Positions 60,185 through 64,000 of a stretch of 64,000 nucleotides of DNA are shown here, piece by piece (the first letter of the stretch is position 1; every line of letters starts with the position of its first letter). The translations under genes were made by a program, and so were the position numbers. The DNA is taken from NCBI RefSeq assembly GCF_051903065.1, contig NZ_CP178438.1. One strand, 5' to 3'. The DNA comes from Escherichia coli. GTDB taxonomy: Bacteria; Pseudomonadota; Gammaproteobacteria; Enterobacterales; Enterobacteriaceae. The notes below the pieces were generated by a model, which worked only from the letters and a program-made list of their open reading frames with translations, searched no databases and was not told the DNA's origin.

Positions 60185-60644
60185 TCATGTACGAGCTAAA
60201 TGTTACTCCGTTAAAATAAATTAGTAACAAACGCCCTATAACGTACTGAAAATTATGCCTGTGATCTAGCGCCAAAAATCAGTATTTCGGCGTGAACTCG
60301 CAAAATATTAACGATTCAGCCGTGATAGTGGGATAAACACCTTAGAACGCCGGATAAAGACTGATAATTGTCTTCGACGGTCGGGTAAAACGAGACATCG
60401 CCCCGGCACGAATCACTACTTAACATTAAATTAACTTATACAATTCAGTTGCTTCAGTAGTAATGATGCTGATACGGCTGTTTTTTAAGCATAGACGGTC
60501 ATTTGAGCAGGATTAAAAATGACTTAAGGAATGTGATATGAAAAATGACGCAGACAGTTACACCGTTTAAATGCAATAATCAGCCACGTTTCTCGTTAAT
60601 AACAATACCAGTACCTGGTTTGCGCAAGGCGAAGGATTATTTTT

Positions 60645-61589
60645 ATGAAGCTTAAGAACACCCTCCTGGCGTCGGCACTGCTTTCTGCTACGGCATTCTC
60701 CGTTAACGCAGCAACAGAACTGACACCGGAGCAAGCGGCAGCGGTTAAACCTTTTGACCGTGTAGTGGTTACCGGTCGTTTTAATGCTATTGGCGAAGCG
60801 GTGAAAGCCGTTTCTCGTCGCGCAGATAAAGAAGGTGCCGCCTCTTTTTATGTTGTCGACACTTCTGATTTTGGTAACAGCGGTAACTGGCGTGTGGTCG
60901 CTGACCTCTATAAAGCCGATGCTGAAAAAGCAGAAGAAACAAGTAATCGCGTAATTAACGGTGTTGTCGAACTGCCGAAAGATCAGGCTGTTCTGATTGA
61001 ACCGTTTGACACGGTCACCGTCCAGGGCTTCTATCGTAGCCAGCCAGAAGTCAATGATGCCATCACCAAAGCGGCAAAAGCGAAAGGTGCCTACTCTTTC
61101 TACATCGTTCGTCAAATCGATGCCAACCAGGGCGGCAACCAGCGTATTACTGCATTCATCTATAAAAAAGATGCTAAGAAACGTATCGTCCAGAGCCCGG
61201 ATGTGATCCCGGCAGATTCCGAAGCAGGACGTGCAGCTCTGGCTGCCGGTGGCGAAGCCGCGAAGAAAGTTGAGATCCCGGGTGTTGCGACTACCGCATC
61301 ACCAAGTTCTGAAGTCGGTCGCTTCTTTGAAACCCAGTCATCAAAAGGCGGGCGTTACACCGTCACGCTCCCGGATGGCACTAAAGTCGAAGAACTGAAC
61401 AAAGCGACCGCAGCGATGATGGTCCCGTTCGACAGCATCAAATTCTCTGGCAACTACGGCAACATGACCGAAGTCTCCTATCAGGTTGCGAAACGTGCCG
61501 CGAAGAAAGGTGCTAAGTATTACCACATCACCCGCCAGTGGCAGGAACGTGGTAATAACCTGACCGTCAGCGCAGATCTGTATAAATAA
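60645..61589 (+). CDS. ydgH: periplasmic DUF1471-repeat protein YdgH
   Basis: 314-aa ORF with signal peptide and three internal repeats. Confidence 0.85.
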   Translation: MKLKNTLLASALLSATAFSVNAATELTPEQAAAVKPFDRVVVTGRFNAIGEAVKAVSRRADKEGAASFYVVDTSDFGNSGNWRVVADLYKADAEKAEETSNRVINGVVELPKDQAVLIEPFDTVTVQGFYRSQPEVNDAITKAAKAKGAYSFYIVRQIDANQGGNQRITAFIYKKDAKKRIVQSPDVIPADSEAGRAALAAGGEAAKKVEIPGVATTASPSSEVGRFFETQSSKGGRYTVTLPDGTKVEELNKATAAMMVPFDSIKFSGNYGNMTEVSYQVAKRAAKKGAKYYHITRQWQERGNNLTVSADLYK

Positions 61590-61607
61590 CTATTCAGTTA
61601 CTCCTAT

Positions 61608-61633
61608 AAGGCGGCTTGATGCCGCCTTTCGCA
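61608..61633 (+). terminator. Rho-independent terminator after ydgH
   Basis: AGGCGGC-TTGAT-GCCGCCT followed by TTCGCATTTTT. Confidence 0.6.
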
Positions 61634-61774
61634 TTTTTAGTCACAAATTTCCCTGCGACCATTGCATGCAGACACATCTCTTCGTAAAATCCCGCGCTTC
61701 AGTGGCAAACTCCATTTTTATGCGTTTTGCCCTAATATTTATTCTTCTTATCACGTTTTAATCACTGGATATCG

Positions 61775-63157
61775 ATGGAAAAGAAACTGGGACTGAGCGC
61801 ACTCACCGCGCTGGTATTAAGCTCAATGCTGGGCGCGGGTGTTTTCAGTCTGCCGCAAAATATGGCGGCAGTTGCCAGCCCGGCAGCACTGCTCATCGGC
61901 TGGGGTATTACTGGCGCTGGCATTTTATTGCTGGCCTTTGCCATGCTGATCCTCACGCGCATTCGTCCCGAACTTGACGGCGGTATCTTTACCTATGCCC
62001 GCGAAGGGTTTGGCGAGCTAATCGGCTTTTGTTCCGCATGGGGATACTGGCTGTGCGCGGTCATCGCCAACGTCTCCTATCTGGTGATCGTTTTTTCCGC
62101 GTTAAGCTTTTTTACGGACACGCCGGAATTGCGCCTGTTTGGCGATGGTAATACCTGGCAATCGATAGTCGGTGCATCGGCTTTATTGTGGATTGTTCAC
62201 TTTTTGATCCTGCGCGGGGTGCAAACCGCTGCCAGCATTAACCTGGTGGCGACACTGGCAAAATTGTTGCCGCTGGGTCTGTTTGTTGTGCTGGCGATGA
62301 TGATGTTCAAACTGGATACCTTCAAGCTCGACTTCACCGGACTTGCACTTGGCGTACCCGTGTGGGAACAGGTGAAAAACACCATGCTGATCACCCTGTG
62401 GGTTTTCATTGGTGTGGAAGGTGCCGTGGTTGTTTCTGCGCGTGCGCGTAATAAACGTGATGTTGGCAAAGCGACACTGCTGGCGGTTCTCTCCGCTCTG
62501 GGCGTTTACTTGCTGGTAACGCTGCTTTCGCTGGGAGTGGTGGCACGTCCTGAACTGGCTGAAATTCGTAACCCGTCAATGGCCGGTCTGATGGTGGAAA
62601 TGATGGGACCGTGGGGCGAAATCATCATCGCTGCCGGTTTGATCGTTTCCGTTTGCGGCGCGTACTTAAGCTGGACCATCATGGCGGCAGAAGTTCCGTT
62701 CCTGGCTGCCACTCATAAAGCATTCCCACGCATTTTTGCGCGCCAGAACGCACAAGCTGCGCCATCCGCCTCACTGTGGTTGACCAACATCTGCGTGCAA
62801 ATTTGTCTGGTACTCATCTGGCTGACCGGTTCCGATTACAACACGTTGCTGACCATCGCCTCAGAAATGATTCTGATGCCCTATTTCCTGGTGGGCGCGT
62901 TCTTGCTGAAAATCGCAACCCGTCCACTGCATAAAGCGGTAGGTGTCGGTGCCTGCATTTATGGCTTATGGTTATTGTACGCCTCTGGTCCAATGCACTT
63001 GCTGTTATCCGTTGTTCTGTATGCACCGGGGCTGCTGGTTTTCCTGTATGCGCGCAAAACGCATACACATGATAATGTACTGAACCGTCAGGAAATGGTG
63101 CTGATTGGCATGCTGTTAATTGCCTCAGTTCCGGCGACCTGGATGCTGGTGGGATAA
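61775..63157 (+). CDS. ydgI: APC-family amino acid antiporter (putative arginine:ornithine antiporter)
   Basis: 460-aa polytopic membrane ORF. Confidence 0.85.
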   Translation: MEKKLGLSALTALVLSSMLGAGVFSLPQNMAAVASPAALLIGWGITGAGILLLAFAMLILTRIRPELDGGIFTYAREGFGELIGFCSAWGYWLCAVIANVSYLVIVFSALSFFTDTPELRLFGDGNTWQSIVGASALLWIVHFLILRGVQTAASINLVATLAKLLPLGLFVVLAMMMFKLDTFKLDFTGLALGVPVWEQVKNTMLITLWVFIGVEGAVVVSARARNKRDVGKATLLAVLSALGVYLLVTLLSLGVVARPELAEIRNPSMAGLMVEMMGPWGEIIIAAGLIVSVCGAYLSWTIMAAEVPFLAATHKAFPRIFARQNAQAAPSASLWLTNICVQICLVLIWLTGSDYNTLLTIASEMILMPYFLVGAFLLKIATRPLHKAVGVGACIYGLWLLYASGPMHLLLSVVLYAPGLLVFLYARKTHTHDNVLNRQEMVLIGMLLIASVPATWMLVG

Positions 63158-63193
63158 CGTTCATCCCATCGTTGGATAGCAAAGGAGATAACG

Positions 63194-63916
63194 ATGGGTA
63201 AAACCCAGCCCTTGCCAATATTAATTACTGGCGGAGGTCGTCGCATCGGCCTCGCCCTCGCATGGCATTTCATTAATCAAAAGCAACCGGTGATTGTCAG
63301 CTATCGGACACACTATCCAGCCATTGATGGACTGATTAATGCAGGTGCGCAGTGTATTCAAGCTGATTTTTCGACCAACGACGGTGTGATGGCGTTTGCC
63401 GATGAAGTACTAAAAAGCACCCATGGTCTGCGTGCTATTTTGCATAACGCCAGTGCGTGGATGGCGGAAAAACCGGGTGCGCCACTGGCCGACGTACTGG
63501 CTTGCATGATGCAGATCCACGTTAATACCCCATACCTGCTCAACCATGCGCTGGAAAGATTACTGCGTGGGCACGGACACGCCGCCAGCGATATCATTCA
63601 CTTTACCGATTATGTAGTGGAGCGCGGTAGCGACAAACATATTGCGTATGCTGCAAGCAAAGCGGCACTGGATAATATGACCCGCTCGTTTGCCCGCAAG
63701 CTGGCACCGGAAGTGAAAGTGAATTCTATTGCGCCATCGCTGATCCTGTTTAATGAACATGATGATGCCGAATATCGACAACAGGCGCTGAATAAATCAC
63801 TGATGAAAACCGCGCCTGGCGAGAAAGAAGTGATCGACCTGGTCGATTACTTACTTACCAGTTGCTTTGTCACCGGACGCAGTTTCCCACTTGATGGCGG
63901 TCGTCATCTGCGTTAA
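63194..63916 (+). CDS. folM: dihydromonapterin reductase (SDR family)
   Basis: 240-aa ORF MGKTQPLPILITGGGRRIGLALAWHF... Confidence 0.9.
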   Translation: MGKTQPLPILITGGGRRIGLALAWHFINQKQPVIVSYRTHYPAIDGLINAGAQCIQADFSTNDGVMAFADEVLKSTHGLRAILHNASAWMAEKPGAPLADVLACMMQIHVNTPYLLNHALERLLRGHGHAASDIIHFTDYVVERGSDKHIAYAASKAALDNMTRSFARKLAPEVKVNSIAPSLILFNEHDDAEYRQQALNKSLMKTAPGEKEVIDLVDYLLTSCFVTGRSFPLDGGRHLR

Positions 63917-64000
63917 TGCAGCTTTATCCAGCATATAATCAACACCCATGCGCTTATCCCCCAACACGCAACAGAACCAACAAAAGCGGCGGGCAAGCGC
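63913..64000 (-). CDS. ydgC: GlpM-family membrane protein YdgC, C-terminal part; gene continues past window end
   Basis: Minus-strand frame ends ...WVLIICWIKLH-stop with stop overlapping folM stop by 3-4 bp. Confidence 0.7.
   Translation of the reverse strand, partial: RLPAAFVGSVACWGISAWVLIICWIKLH

Overview
This window looks like an Escherichia coli chromosomal segment with a K-12-like backbone running from dcp (partial, left edge) to ydgC (partial, right edge). All gene identities are from reading the supplied ORF translations and the raw sequence against my memory of E. coli and phage lambda proteins; no database search was run. A roughly 29.6 kb Qin-like lambdoid cryptic prophage (about 5350-34965) sits inside the MFS transporter gene ydfJ, bounded by an 11-bp direct repeat (GAAATCCATAA). 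Left of it are dcp', ydfG, ydfH, ydfZ, ydfI and the ydfJ 3' part. The prophage carries ydfK, pinQ, tfaQ, a tail-fibre fragment, an IS903-like element, a C-terminally truncated P4-type integrase, a lambda-like packaging block (truncated portal B, W, terminase A, Nu1, cos), morons (ynfO, ydfO, gnsB, ynfN, cspI, cspB, cspF), a lysis cassette (essQ, rrrQ, rzpQ/rzoQ), quuQ, ydfU, rem, hokD-relEB, ydfV, flxA, an rve-type transposase, a degenerate small-ORF cluster, a methyltransferase-like fragment, an O-like replication initiator with iterons, a YdaT-like gene, dicC/dicA, ydfABC, dicF, dicB interrupted by IS1, and an integrase fragment at the right end. Right of the prophage are rspBA, ynfABCD, speG, ynfEFGH-dmsD, clcB, ynfK, mlc, ynfL, ynfM, asr, ydgU, ydgD, mdtIJ, tqsA, pntAB, ydgH, ydgI and folM. 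I saw no CRISPR array, tRNA or rRNA. I did not find a large uncharacterised multi-gene system. The most interesting signals are the mosaic and IS junctions inside the prophage, a near-intact lambda-type cos/terminase module in an otherwise defective prophage, two coupled small ORFs each carrying one in-frame TAG, an unassigned small two-helix membrane protein, and an iteron-bearing replication gene.
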